DNA from: Heptranchias perlo
Lineage: Eukaryota
NCBI RefSeq assembly: GCF_035084215.1
Contig: NW_027140008.1
Span: 1-64,000 of the forward strand
Reading direction: 5' to 3'
DNA: 64,000 nt
This document shows positions 13,901-25,917 of the stretch, in pieces. Every line of letters begins with the position of its first letter. Position 1 is the stretch's first letter. The notes under the pieces are model-generated. The model made no database searches, was not told the DNA's origin, and saw only the letters and a list, made by a program, of their open reading frames with translations. Both the position numbers and the translations under genes were made by a program.

Positions 13901-15710
13901 GTGACGAGTATCTGGAGTGGCGAGTGTCTGGAGTGAGGAGTATCTGGAGTGACGAGTGTCTGGAGTGAGGAGTGTCTGGAGTGGCGAGTGTCTGGAGTGA
14001 GGAGTATCTGGAGTGAGGAGTATCTGGAGTGACGAGTATCTGGAGTGGCGAGTGTCTGGAGTGAGGAGTATCTGGAGTGAGGAGTATCTGGAGTGGCGAG
14101 TGTCTGGAGTGGCGAGTATCTGGAGTGAGGAGTATCTGGAGTGAGGAGTATCTGGAGTGAGGAGTATCTGGAGTGGCGAGTGTCTGGAGTGACGAGTGTC
14201 TGGAGTGAGGAGTATCTGGAGTGAGGAGTATCTGGAGTGGCGAGTGTCTGGAGTGACGAGTGTCTGGAGTGGCGAGTGTCTGGAGTGAGGAGTATCTGGA
14301 GTGAGGAGTATCTGGAGTGACGAGTATCTGGAGTGGCGAGTGTCTGGAGTGAGGAGTATCTGGAGTGAGGAGTATCTGGAGTGGCGAGTGTCTGGAGTGA
14401 CGAGTGTCTGGAGTGGCGAGTGTCTGGAGTGAGGAGTATCTGGAGTGAGGAGTATCTGGAGTGACGAGTGTCTGGAGTGAGGAGTATCTGGAGTGAGGAG
14501 TATCTGGAGTGGCGAGTGTCTGGAGTGAGGAGTATCTGGAGTGAGGAGTATCTGGAGTGAGGAGTATCTGGACTGAGGAGTATCTGGAGTTAGGAGTATC
14601 TGGAGTGAGGAGTATCTGGAGTGAGGAGTATCTGGAGTGAGGAGTATCTGGAATGAGGAGTATCTGGAGTGAGGAGTATCTGGAATGACGAGTATCTGGA
14701 GTGGCGAGTATCTGGAGTGAGGAGTATCTGGAGTGACGAGTATCTGGAGTGGCGAGTGTCTGGAGTGAGGAGTGTCTGGAGTGAGGAGTATCTGGAGTGA
14801 GGAGTATCTGGAGTGGCGAGTGTCTGGAGTGAGGAGTGTCTGGAGTGGCGAGTATCTGGAGTGGCGAGTGTCTGGAGTGAGGAGTATCTGGAGTGACGAG
14901 TGTCTGGAGTGAGGAGTATCTGGAGTGACGAGTATCTGGAGTGAGGAGTATCTGGAGTGACGAGTATCTGGAGTGGCGAGTGTCTGGAGTGGCGAGTGTC
15001 TGGAGTGAGGAGTATCTGGAGTGACGAGTATCTGGAGTGGCGAGTGTCTGGAATGACGAGTATCTGGAGTGGCGAGTGTCTGGAGTGACGAGTATCTGGA
15101 GTGAGGAGTATCTGGAGTGACGAGTGTCTGGAGTGACGAGTATCTGGAGTGGCGAGTGTCTGGAGTGACGAGTATCTGGAGTGAGGAGTATCTGGAGTGA
15201 CGAGTGTCTGGAGTGACGAGTATCTGGAGTGGCGAGTGTCTGGAGTGGCGAGTGTCTGGAGTGACGAGTGTCTGGAGTGGCGAGTATCTGGAGTGGCGAG
15301 TGTCTGGAGTGACGAGTGTCTGGAGTGAGGAGTATCTGGAGTGGCGAGTGTCTGGAGTGACGAGTATCTGGAGTGGCGAGTGTCTGGAGTGACGAGTATC
15401 TGGAGTGGCGAGTGTCTGGAGTGACGAGTGTCTGGAGTGACGAGTGTCTGGAGTGACGAGTATCTGGAGTGACGAGTGTCTGGAGTGACGAGTATCTGGA
15501 GTGGCGAGTGTCTGGAGTGACGAGTGTCTGGAGTGAGGAGTGTCTGGAGTGACGAGTATCTGGAGTGGCGAGTGTCTGGAGTGACGAGTGTCTGGAGTGA
15601 CGAGTGTCTGGAGTGGCGAGTATCTGGAGTGGCGAGTATCTGGAGTGGCGAGTGTCTGGAGTGAGGAGTATCTGGAGTGGCGAGTGTCTGGAGTGAGGAG
15701 TATCTGGACC
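10990..15710. repeat. 16-bp minisatellite in two sub-domains (GGAGTAACTGGACTGA to ~12000, then GGAGTATCTGGAGTGA variants)
   Basis: Direct inspection; explains the 747-aa repetitive minus-strand ORF. Confidence 0.95.
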
Positions 15711-15749
15711 GAGGGGAGGAGAGTGTCAGCTCTCTTTGCCCAGTGTCCT

Positions 15750-15968
15750 CAGCTGTGCCCAGTCCCAGTCACTGGACTCACTGGCTCGAGTTAATGAGGA
15801 AAGTCCCTCAGCCTGCCAATCACACACTGGAGGCTGTATCACAGAGTGCTGAGTAATGAAGAGAGGGGAAGTAATGAAGAGTGAGTGTGAGAGGAGAGAC
15901 TGCCGGAGGACCAGTCCCCAGCACTCTGACCGTGTCGAGAGATGTGTCGGCTGAGATCTCAACCCAGC
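15750..15968 (+). promoter_or_regulatory. Putative promoter/5' UTR of the Ig-like gene: E-box, NF-kB site, CCAAT, PU.1/Ets site
   Basis: CAGCTG 15750-15755; GGAAAGTCCC 15798-15807 (reverse complement of canonical kB GGGACTTTCC); CCAAT 15816-15820; GGGGAAGT 15865-15872. All lie in the short unique stretch just upstream of the leader ATG. Confidence 0.5.
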
Positions 15969-16014
15969 ATGAAGTCGATGATTTTTATCTCCCTCCCCGT
16001 CTTCCTGATGGCCG
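15969..16014 (+). CDS. Ig-like receptor exon 1: signal peptide MKSMIFISLPVFLMA(G)
   Basis: ATG, 15 mostly hydrophobic codons plus 1 nt, then a GTAAGG donor (phase 1). Splices in frame to the V exon giving MKSMIFISLPVFLMAGLAGG, the classic split Ig/TCR leader. Confidence 0.85.
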
Positions 16015-16044
16015 GTAAGGTTTACGTAGAGATTTATATCGAGG

Positions 16045-17475
16045 CTACAGTGCAGAAACAGGCCATTCGGCCCATCGGGTCTATCCCGGTGTTTATGCTC
16101 CACACGAGCCTCCTCCCTCCCTCCTCCATCTCACCCTCTCACCATCTCCTTCTGTTCCTTTCTCCCCCATGTGTTTATCGAGCTTCCCCTTAAATGCATC
16201 TCCACTATTCACCTCAACCACTCCTTGTGGGAGTGAGTTCCACATTCTCACCACTCTCTGGGGAAAGAAGTTTCTCCTGAATTCCCCATTGGATTTATTA
16301 GTGACTCTCTTATATTTATGGCCCCCCCCCCCTAGTTCTGGTCTCCCCCACAAGTGGGAACATCTTCTCTACGTCTACCCTATCGAACCCTCTCATAATC
16401 TTAAAGACCTCCATCAGGTCACCCCTCAGTCTTCCCTTTTCCAGAGAAAGAGCCCCAGCCTGTTCAGCCTTTCCTGATAGTTATAAACCTCTCAGTTCTG
16501 GGATCATCCTGGTAAATCTTTTTTGCACCTTCTCCAGTGCCTCGATATCCTTTTTATAATATGGAGACCAGAACTGTGCACAGTGCTCCGAGTGTGGTCT
16601 AACCGAGGTATATGGAGACCGGAACTGTGCACAGTGCTCCGAGTGTGGTCTAACCAAGGTATATGGAGACCAGAACTGTGCACAGTGCTCCAAGTGTGGT
16701 CTAACCGAGGTATATGGAGACCAGAACTGTGCACAGTGCTCCGAGTGTGGTCTAACCAAGGTATATGGAGACCGGAACTGTGCACAGTGCTCCGAGTGTG
16801 GTCTAACCAAGGTATATGGAGACCGGAACTGTGCACAGTGCTCCGAGTGTGGTCTAACCAAGGTACATGGAGACCGGAACTGTGCACAGTGCTCCGAGTG
16901 TGGTCTAACCGAGGTATATGGAGACCAGAACTGTGCACAGTGCTCCGAGTGTGGTCTAACCCAGGTATATGGAGACCAGAACTGTGCACAGTGCTCCGAG
17001 TGTGGTCTAACCCAGGTATATGGAGACCAGAACTGTGCACAGTGCTCCGAGTGTGGTCTAACCAAGGTATATGGAGACCAGAACTGTGCACAGTGCTCCG
17101 AGTGTGGTCTAACCCAGGTATATGGAGACCAGAACTGTGCACAGTGCTCCGAGTGTGGTCTAACCAAGGTATATGGAGACCAGAAATGTGCACAGTGCTC
17201 TGAGTGTGGTCTAACCCAGGTATATGGAGACCAGAACTGTGCACAGTGCTCTGAGTGTGGTCTAACCCAGGTATATGGAGACCAGGACTGTGCACAGTGC
17301 TCCGAGTGTGGTCTAACCAAGGTATATGGAGACCGGAACTGTGCACAGTGCTCCAAGTGTGGTCTAACCCAGGTATATGGAGACCAGAACTGTGCACAGT
17401 GCTCCAAGTGTGGTCTAACCCAGGTATATGGAGACCAGAACTGTGCACAGTGCTCCGAGTGTGGTCTAACCGAGG
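16045..17475 (-). mobile_element. CR1 3' fragment with an internal 51-bp tandem expansion
   Basis: The VRPHSEHCAQFWSPY repeat is an amplified CR1 ORF2 motif (LVRPHLEYCVQFWSPY) and is followed by KKDIEALEKVQKRFTRMIPEL and RRNFFPQRVVRMWNSLP. Confidence 0.9.
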
Positions 17476-17577
17476 TTCGATACCAAGGTTTATATTGACT
17501 GATGTCAAAGAGTGTAGCTGTAGCTGTGAACAGCCTACGTTTCCTGAGTCCGTTAGCTGCGTACCTCCTATTTTCAG

Positions 17578-17958
17578 GTCTTGCCGGCGGTGTGGGCAAC
17601 TTTCGATTCTCGTCCACCTTGATGACGGTGCAGGAGGGTGAGTCAGTCAACATGGAGTGCCGATTCTCCCGCAAAACCGACGATCGTTACTTGATCTGGG
17701 GGTCCGTGCCCCCGGGCAGCAGGGTCATCAAACAACTGGTGTACTGGAGCCCTGGGTCGCAGGTGCCCACCTTTACGACGGGCGAGCCTCACCGTTACGT
17801 GGCCGAGAAGAACTTTGCCCAGTCACTCATGTCCCTGCGGATCATCAATGCCACGCAGCGAGACTCCACCAGATACTTCTGCCAATTCACAAACCACCAG
17901 GGAGACCTGAACGCGACAGACTGGTGTGGATGTGGGTCGACACTGAAGGTTGAGGCCG
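17578..17958 (+). CDS. Ig-like receptor exon 2: single-exon VJ-type V-set domain
   Basis: TTTTCAG acceptor, GTAAGG donor, 381 nt, phase 1-1. Motifs: TVQEGESVNMEC (B-strand Cys), YLIW (Trp), MSLRIINATQRDSTRYFC (DxxxYxC) and J-like WCGCGSTLKVE within the same exon. Confidence 0.93.
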
Positions 17959-18209
17959 GTAAGGGGAGTTCCACCGTAACTCGTTCGAAGCCCGGGGAGG
18001 GGCAGGGGGGGATGGTCAGTCCTTGGGCCGGGCACCAAATTTGGAGGGGGGTCGGGGGCAGGGGGCTGGAGTAGAAGAGCCAGAGGGGGTGGTGGGGGGG
18101 AAGAGGGTGGAGAAGGGCGGGAGGGAGAGTGGAGCAGAAGGGACGCAAGCTTTGGGTATCAAGGGCAGAAGGTTGTAGGAGGAGGGGGAAGATTTGGGCT
18201 GGGGAGGAG

Positions 18210-19697
18210 CCCCACAGTTTGGGGGTGAACAGTCCCACAGTTTGGGGGGTGAGGAGTCCCCACAGTTTGGGGGGTGAGGAGTCCCACAGTTTGGGGTGAG
18301 GAGTCCCCACAGTTTGGGGGTGAGGAGTCCCACAGTTTGGGGGGTGAGGAGTCCCACAGTTTGGGGGGTGAGGAGTCCCCACAGTTTGGGGGGTGAGGAG
18401 TCCCACAGTTTGGGGGGGTGAGGAGTCCCACAGTTTGGGGGGGTGAGGAGTCCCACAGTTTGGGGTGAGGAGTCCCACAGTTTGGGGGTGAGGAGTCCCA
18501 CAGTTTGGGGGGTGAGGAGTCCCACAGTTTGGGGGTGAGGAGTCCCACAGTTTGGGGGGGTGAGGAGTCCCACAGTTTGGGGGTGAGGAGTCCCCACAGT
18601 TTGGGGGTGAGGAGTCCCACAGTTTGGGGGGTGAGGAGTCCCACAGTTTGGGGGTGAGGAGTCCCACAGTTTGGGGGGTGAGGAGTCCCCACAGTTTGGG
18701 GTGAGGAGTCCCACAGTTTGGGGTGAGGAGTCCCCACAGTTTGGGGGGTGAGGAGTCCCCACAGTTTGGGGGTGAGGAGTCCCCACAGTTTGGGGGGTGA
18801 AGAGTCCCCACAGTTTGGGGGGTGAGGAGCCCCCACAGTTTGGGGGGTGAGGAGTCACACAGTTTGGGGGATGAAGAGTCCCCACAGTTTGGGGGGTGAG
18901 GAGCCCCCACAGTTTGGGGGGTGAGGAGTCCCACAGTTTGGGGTGAGGAGCCCCCACAGTTTGGGGTGAGGAGCCCCCACAGTTTGGGGGGTGAGGAGCC
19001 CCCACAGTTTGGGGTGAGGAGCCCCCACAGTTTGGGGGTGTGAGGAGTCCCACAGTTTGGGGGGTGAGGAGTCCCACAGTTTGGGGGGTGAGGAGTCCCA
19101 CAGTTTGGGGGGTGAGGAGTCCCACAGTTTGGGGGTGAGGAGTCCCACAGTTTGGGGGGTGAGGAGCCCCCACAGTTTGGGGGGTGAGGAGTCCCCACAG
19201 TTTGGGGGGTGAAGAGTCCCCACAGTTTGGGGGGTGAGGAGTCCCCACAGTTTGGGGGGTGAAGAGTCCCCACAGTTTGGGGGGGTGAGGAGTCCCACAG
19301 TTTGAGGGGTGAGGAGCCCCCACAGTTTGGGGGTGAGGAGCCCCCACAGTTTGGGGGGTGAGGAGCCCCCACAGTTTGGGGGGTGAAGAGTCCCCACAGT
19401 TTGGGGGGTGAGGAGCCCCCACAGTTTGGGGGGTGAGGAGTCCCACAGTTTGGGGGGTGAGGAGCCCCCACAGTTTGGGGGGTGAGGAGCCCCCACAGTT
19501 TGGGGGGTGAAGAGTCCCACAGTTTGGGGGGTGAGGAGCCCCCACAGTTTGGGGGGTGAGGAGCCCCCACAGTTTGGGGGGTGAAGAGTCCCACAGTTTG
19601 GGGGGTGAGGAGCCCCCACAGTTTGGGGGGGTGAGGAGCCCCCACAGTTTGGGGGGTGAAGAGTCCCCACAGTTTGGGGGGTGAAGAGTCCCCACAA
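18210..19697. repeat. G-rich ~25-bp minisatellite (CCCACAGTTTGGGGGGTGAGGAGTC) in the V-C1 intron
   Basis: Tandem units. Confidence 0.95.
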
Positions 19698-19824
19698 TGG
19701 GTTTCCAAGTATCTTGGTGTTTATTGTTGATATCTGTGTCTCTGTTTTATAAAATGAGAGAATTTGACATCATGGTGGGACAGCATTCGACCCATTGCAT
19801 CCGTGCCCTCTCTCTGAACCAGCT

Positions 19825-20410
19825 CTCCCCTCGATTCTGGCCGAGGGACAGACTGTCAGTGATTGGCCCCTCGATTCTGGGCGAGGGACAGACTGAGATC
19901 AGTGATTGGCCCCTCGATTCTGGGCGAGGGACAGACTGTCAGTGATTGGCCCCTCGATTCTGGACGAGGGACAGACTGTCAGTGATTGGCCCCTCGATTC
20001 TGGCCGAGGGACAGACTGTCAGTGATTGGCCCCTCGATTCTGGGCGAGGGACAGACTGTCAGTGATTGGCCCCTCGATTCTGGGCGAGGGACAGACTGAG
20101 ATCAGTGATTGGCCCCTCGATTCTGGGCGAGGGACAGACTGTCAGTGATTGGCCCCTCGATTCTGGGCGAGGGACAGACTGTCAGTGATTGGCCCCTCGA
20201 TTCTGGGCGAGGGACAGACTGTCAATGATTGGCCCCTCGATTCTGGGCGAGGGACAGACTGTCAATGATTGGCCCCTCGATTCTGGGCGAGGGACAGACT
20301 GTCAATGATTGGCCCCTCGATTCTGGGCGAGGGACAGACTGTCAGTGATTGGCCCCTCGATTCTGGGCGAGGGACAGACTGTCAATGATTGGCCCCTCGA
20401 TTCTGGGCGA
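19825..20410. repeat. 40-bp minisatellite (CCCCTCGATTCTGGGCGAGGGACAGACTGTCAGTGATTGG)
   Basis: Tandem units running up to the C1 acceptor. Confidence 0.95.
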
Positions 20411-20445
20411 GGATCTGTGATTGGCCGTCTCGATTCTGGTTGCAG

Positions 20446-20763
20446 TCCCACCAATGGCTACTCCCTCGGTCCACCTCCAATTCCCGCCCCCGGAGGAGAT
20501 ATCGGAGAACGGTTTCACCGCCCTGCTCTGCCTCGTCACCGGATTCTACCCATCGAGGGTCCGAATTTCCTGGTATGTGAACGGCAAGCCGGTGACGTCA
20601 GGAACGAGTGAACTGTGCCTGTCCAAGGACCCCACGGAGAGGTACACAGCCATTGGCCGGCTGGAGGTCAGTGGCCCAGAGTGGGTGAGTGCCGACACGT
20701 ACCAGTGTGTCGTCTCGCACCAGACGCTGACCCGGCCCATCGCCAAGGAGATCAGGACGAGCG
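20446..20763 (+). CDS. Ig-like receptor C1-set domain C1
   Basis: TTGCAG / GTGAGT, 318 nt, phase 1-1. PSVHLQFPP..ALLCLVTGFYPSRVRISWYVNG..RYTAIGRLEVSGPEWVSADTYQCVVSH shows the C1-set CxxxGFYP, W and YxCxVxH motifs. Confidence 0.95.
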
Positions 20764-20989
20764 GTGAGTGTCTGGATTGGTGGGGATCCAGCGTGGGGTG
20801 GGGAGTGGGAGGTGGGTGGTGGCAGTGGGGGTGCGAGGGGAGTGCGAGTGAGCGTGCGAGGGGCGTATGAGGGGCAGTGATTGAACATGCGAGGGGCGTG
20901 CGAGGGGGCGGCGATTGAGCGTGCGAGGGGTGAGCGAGGGGCAGCGATTGAGTGTGTGTGCGAGGGGTGTGGGAATGAGGGGGCGATTG

Positions 20990-21575
20990 TGTGAGAGGCG
21001 TTTGAGTGAGCGTACAAGGGGTGTGCGAGTGAGCGTGCGAGGGGCTGTGATTGATTGTGCGAGGGGCTTGTGAGTGAGCGTGCGAGGGGCTGTGATTGAT
21101 TGTGCGAGGGGCTTGTGAGTGAGCGTTCGAGGGGCTGTGATTGATTGTGCGAGGGGTGTGCGAATGAGCGTTCGAGTGAGCACACGAGGGGCATGCGAGG
21201 GGCGGATTATTGAGCGAGCGAGTGAGTGTGCGAGGGGTGTGCGAGGGGCGGATTATTGAGCGAGCGAGTGAGTGTGCGAGGGGTGTGCGAGGGGCGGATT
21301 ATTGAGCGAGCGAGTGAGTGTGCGAGGGGTGTGCGAGGGGCGGATTATTGAGCGAGCGAGTGAGTGTGCGAGTGAGTGTGCGAGGGGCGGATTATTGAGC
21401 GAGCGAGTGAGTGTGCGAGGGGTGTGCGAGGGGCGGATTATTGAGCGAGCGAGTGAGTGTGCGAGGGGTGTGCGAGGGGCGGATTATTGAGCGAGCGAGT
21501 GAGTGTGCGAGTGAGTGTGCGAGGGGCGGATTATTGAGCGAGCGAGTGAGTGTGCGAGGGGTGTGCGAGGGGGTG
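20990..21575. repeat. G-rich ~46-bp minisatellite in the C1-C2 intron
   Basis: GCGAGGGGCGGATTATTGAGCGAGCGAGTGAGTGT units. Confidence 0.9.
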
Positions 21576-21632
21576 TGATCTCTCACCGTGACCTAATGTC
21601 TTCATTCTGTCCTCTCCCTGGTCAATCTGCAG

Positions 21633-21953
21633 CTCGATACCCATCGGCCCCCAGACTCCACATCCTACCCCCCAGTTACAGCGAGATGGACACCAATGGG
21701 ACGGCCACATTGGGGTGTCAGGCTGATGGGTTTTATCCCAAGAGCATCTCCTTCACCTGGCTGGTCGGGACACTCCAGCCGACCTACTCCTCTGAGGCCG
21801 GCCGCACCACGAGGCACGAGAATGGGACCTACAGTTCCAGCAACTGGTTAACGGTTCCCGTCCGAGAATGGAATTCAGGCTCACTCTTCACCTGCCGGGT
21901 CGAACACCTCTCGTCACCAACCCCACTGACCCACAACCTCAGCAAACACGACG
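21633..21953 (+). CDS. Ig-like receptor C1-set domain C2
   Basis: CTGCAG / GTAAAT, 321 nt, phase 1-1. PRLHILPPS..TATLGCQADGFYPKSISFTW..NGTYSSSNWLTVPVREWNSGSLFTCRVEH. Confidence 0.95.
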
Positions 21954-21956
21954 GTA

Positions 21957-22880
21957 AATGTCCCATCAAACACTCCCAGGGCAGGGACAGGGTTAGATAC
22001 AGAGTAAAGCTCCCTCTACACTGTCCCATCAAACACTCCCAGGGTCAGGTACAGGGTTAGATACAGAGTAAAGCTCCCTCTACACTGTCCCATCAAACAC
22101 TCCCAGGGCAGGTACAGGGTTAGATACAGAGTAAAGCTCCCTCTACACTGTCCCATCAAACACTCCCAGGGCAGGGACAGGGTTAGATACAGAGTAAAGC
22201 TCCCTCTACACTGTCCCATCAAACACTCCCAGGGTCAGGTACAGGGTTAGATACAGAGTAAAGCTCCCTCTACACTGTCCCATCAAACACTCCCAGGGTC
22301 AGGGACAGGGTTAGATACAGAGTAAAGCTCCCTCCACACTGTCCCATCAAACACTCCCAGGGCAGGTACAGGGTCAGATACAGAGTAAAGCTCCCTCTAC
22401 ACTGTCCCATCAAACACTCCCAGGGCAGGTACAGGGTTAGATACAGAGTAAAGCTCCCTCTACACTGTCCCATCAAACACTCCCAGGGTCAGGGACAGGG
22501 TTAGATACAGAGTAAAGCTCCCTCTACACTGTCCCATCAAACACTCCCAGGGTCAGGTACAGGGTTAGATACAGAGTAAAGCTCCCTCTACACTGTCCCA
22601 TCAAACACTCCCAGGGTCAGGTACAGGGTTAGATACAGAGTAAAGCTCCCTCTACACTGTCCCATCAAACACTCCCAGGGCAGGTACAGGGTTAGATACA
22701 GAGTAAAGCTCCCTCTACACTGTCCCATCAAACACTCCCAGGGTCAGGTACAGGGTTAGATACAGAGTAAAGCTCCCTCTACACTGTCCCGTCAAACACT
22801 CCCAGGGTCAGGTACAGGGTTAGATACAGAGTAAAGCTCCCTCTACACTGTCCCATCAAACACTCCCAGGGCAGGTACAG
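21957..22880. repeat. 63/64-bp satellite
   Basis: Same unit as 9190-10345; starts right after the C2 donor. Confidence 0.95.
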
Positions 22881-23084
22881 TGATGTAGTGATTGACGGTG
22901 ATTATCTGTGATATTATTTTGCCCGATGATTGTACGGGTGTTTTGGATTGGGCTGGGATGTGGACAAGTCCTTGCCTTGGACTGACCCACAGCCTCCTGT
23001 CCCTCCAGCCATGGCCTCTACCTTCGTCTGGAACCTTCTTTCTGTGCGTTGCTTGCAGGTTTGAAATGATAGGAATCCCAAGCC

Positions 23085-24430
23085 TTTGAAAATTCTCATC
23101 CTTGTTTTCAAATCCCTCCATGGCCCTCGCCCCTCTCCCTATCTCTGTAACCCCCTCCATGGCCCTCGCCCCTCTCCCTATCTCTGTAACCCCCTCCATG
23201 GCCCTCGCTCCTCTCCCTATCTCTGTAACCTCCTCCATGGCCCTCGCCCCTCTCCCTATCTCTGTAATCCCCTCCATGGCCCTCCCCCCCCAATCTTTGT
23301 AACCCCCTCCAGCCTCACACCCCTCCCTATCTCTGTAACCTCCTCCAGCCCCACACCCCTCCCTATCTCTGTAACCTCCTCCAGCCCCACACCCCTCCCT
23401 ATCTCTGTAACCTCCTCCAGCCCCACACCCCTCCCTATCTCTGTAACCTCCTCCAGCCCCACACCCCTCCCTATCTCTGTAACCCCCTCCAGCCCCACAC
23501 CCCTCCCTATCTCTGTAACCTCCTCCAGCCCCACACCCCTCCCTATCTCTGTAACCCCCTCCATGGCCCTCGCTCCCCTCCCTATCTCTGTAACCCCCTC
23601 CATGGCCCTCGCCCCTCTCCCTATCTCTGTAACCCCCTCCATGGCCCTCGCTCCTCTCCCTATCTCTGTAACCTCCTCCATGGCCCTCGCCCCTCTCCCT
23701 ATCTCTGTAATCCCCTCCATGGCCCTCCCCCCCCAATCTTTGTAACCCCCTCCAGCCTCACACCCCTCCCTATCTCTGTAACCTCCTCCAGCCCCACACC
23801 CCTCCCTATCTCTGTAACCTCCTCCAGCCCCACACCCCTCCCTATCTCTGTAACCTCCTCCAGCCCCACACCCCTCCCTATCTCTGTAACCTCCTCCAGC
23901 CCCACACCCCTCCCTATCTCTGTAACCCCCTCCAGCCCCACACCCCTCCCTATCTCTGTAACCTCCTCCAGCCCCACACCCCTCCCTATCTCTGTAACCC
24001 CCTCCAGCCCCACACCCCTCCCTATCTCTGTAACCTCCTCCAGCCCCACACCCCTCCCTATCTCTGTAACCCCCTCCAGCCCCACACCCCTCCCTATCTC
24101 TGTAACCCCCTCCAGCCCCACACCCCATGGCAAGGGCCATGGGCAGCTTTCGTCCAATTCTGGCCTCTTGTCCATCTCCCGATTCCCATCGCTCCACCAT
24201 TGGCGGCCGTGCCTTCAGCTGCCCTGGGCCCTGAGCTCTGGAATCCCCTCCCTAAACCTCTCCCCCTCTCTCTCCTCCTTTAAGACGCTCCTTAAAACCT
24301 GCCTCTTTGACCGAGCTTTTGGTCGCCTGTCCTAATATCTCCTCATGTGGCTCGGGGTCAGATTTTGTCTGATAATCGCTCCTGTGAAGCTCCTTGGGGA
24401 CGTTCTACTCCGTTAAAGGCACTGTACAAA
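23085..24430 (+). mobile_element. L2-like LINE 3' fragment with internal minisatellite expansion
   Basis: KILILVFKSLHG.. motif and an L2-type 3' region (GCCTTCAGC..CTCTGGAATCCCCTCCCT..TTTAAGACGCTCCTTAAAACC); internal tandem CCCTATCTCTGTAACC units. Confidence 0.75.
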
Positions 24431-25917
24431 CAGGAGTTGTTGACTTTACTCCTGTCCAAAGTGATACCGAGAATCATAGAAAATTTACTGCACAGAATGA
24501 GGCCATTCGGCCCATCATGTCCGTGCCGGTCGAAAATGAGCCCCCCAGCCTAATCCCACTTTCCCGCACTCGGTCCCTATCCCTGTGGGTTTCGGCTCTT
24601 CAGGTACTCTTTAAATGAGTTGAGGGTTTCTGCCTCTCCCACCCTCTCAGGCAGTGAGTTCCAGACTCCCACCACCCTCTGGGTGAAAACATTTCTCCTC
24701 AGCTCCCCTCTAATCCTTCCACCAATTACTTTAAATCTATGCCCCCTGGTCACTGACCCCTCTGCTAAGGGAAATAGGTCCTCCCTATCCACTCTATCTG
24801 GGCCCCTCATAATTTTATCACCTCAATTAAATCTCCCCTCAGCCTCCTCTGTTCCAATGAACACAACCCCAGCCTATCCAATCTTTCCTCATAGCTAAAA
24901 TTCTCCAGTCCTGGCAACATCCTCGTAAATCTCCTCTGCACCCTCTCGAGTGCAATCACATCTTTCCTGTAATGTGGTGACCAGAACTGTACCCAGTACT
25001 CAAGCTGTGGCCTAACCAGTGTTTTATACAGTTCCAGCATAACCTCCCTGATCTTATATTCTGTGCCTCAGCTAATAAAGGAAAGTATTCCATATGCCTT
25101 CTTAACCACCTTATCTACCTGTCCTGCTACCTTCAGGGATCTGTGGACATGCTCTCCAAGGTCCCTCACTTCCTCTCCACCTCTCAGTATCCTCCCATTT
25201 ATTGTGTACTCCCTTGCCTTGTTTGCTCTCCCCAAATGCATTACCTCACACTTCTCCGGATTGAATTCCATTTGCCACTTTTCTGCCCACCTGACCAGTC
25301 CATTGATATCTTCCTGCAGTCTACAGCTTTCCTCCTCACTATCAACCACACGGACAATTTTTGTATCATCTGCAAACTTTTTAATCATGCCCCCTACATT
25401 TAAGTCTAAATCATTAATATATACCACAAAAAGCAAGGGACCAGTACTGAGCCCTGCGGCACCCCACTGGAAACAGCCTTCCAGTCACAAAAACACCCGT
25501 CGACCATTACCCTTTGCTTCCTGCCGCTGAGCCAATTTTGGATCCAATTTGCCACATTCCCTTGGATTCCATGGGCTTTTACTTTTTTGACCAGTCTGCC
25601 ATGTGGGACCTTGTCAAAAGCCTTGCTAAAATCCATGTAGACTACATCAAATGTGTTACCCTCATTGACCCTCCTTGTTACCTCCTCAAAAAATTCAATC
25701 AAGTTAGTCAGACACGACCTTCCCTTAACAAATCCATGCTGACTGTCCTTGATTACTCCGTGCCTTTCTAAATGATTATTTATCCTGTCCCTTAGAATTG
25801 ATTCCAATAATTTTCCCACCCCCGAGGTTAGACTGACTGGCCTGTAATTACTCGGTCTATCCCTCGCTCCCTTTTTAAACAATGGTACAATGTTAGCAGT
25901 CCTCCAATCCTCCGGCA

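Noticed and set aside
16560-17475. Array of perfect RSS heptamers (CACAGTG) upstream of the V exon
   Set aside because: They belong to the CR1-derived 51-bp unit and have no ACAAAAACC-like nonamer at 12 or 23 bp. CACAGTT/CACACTG in the other satellites fail in the same way.
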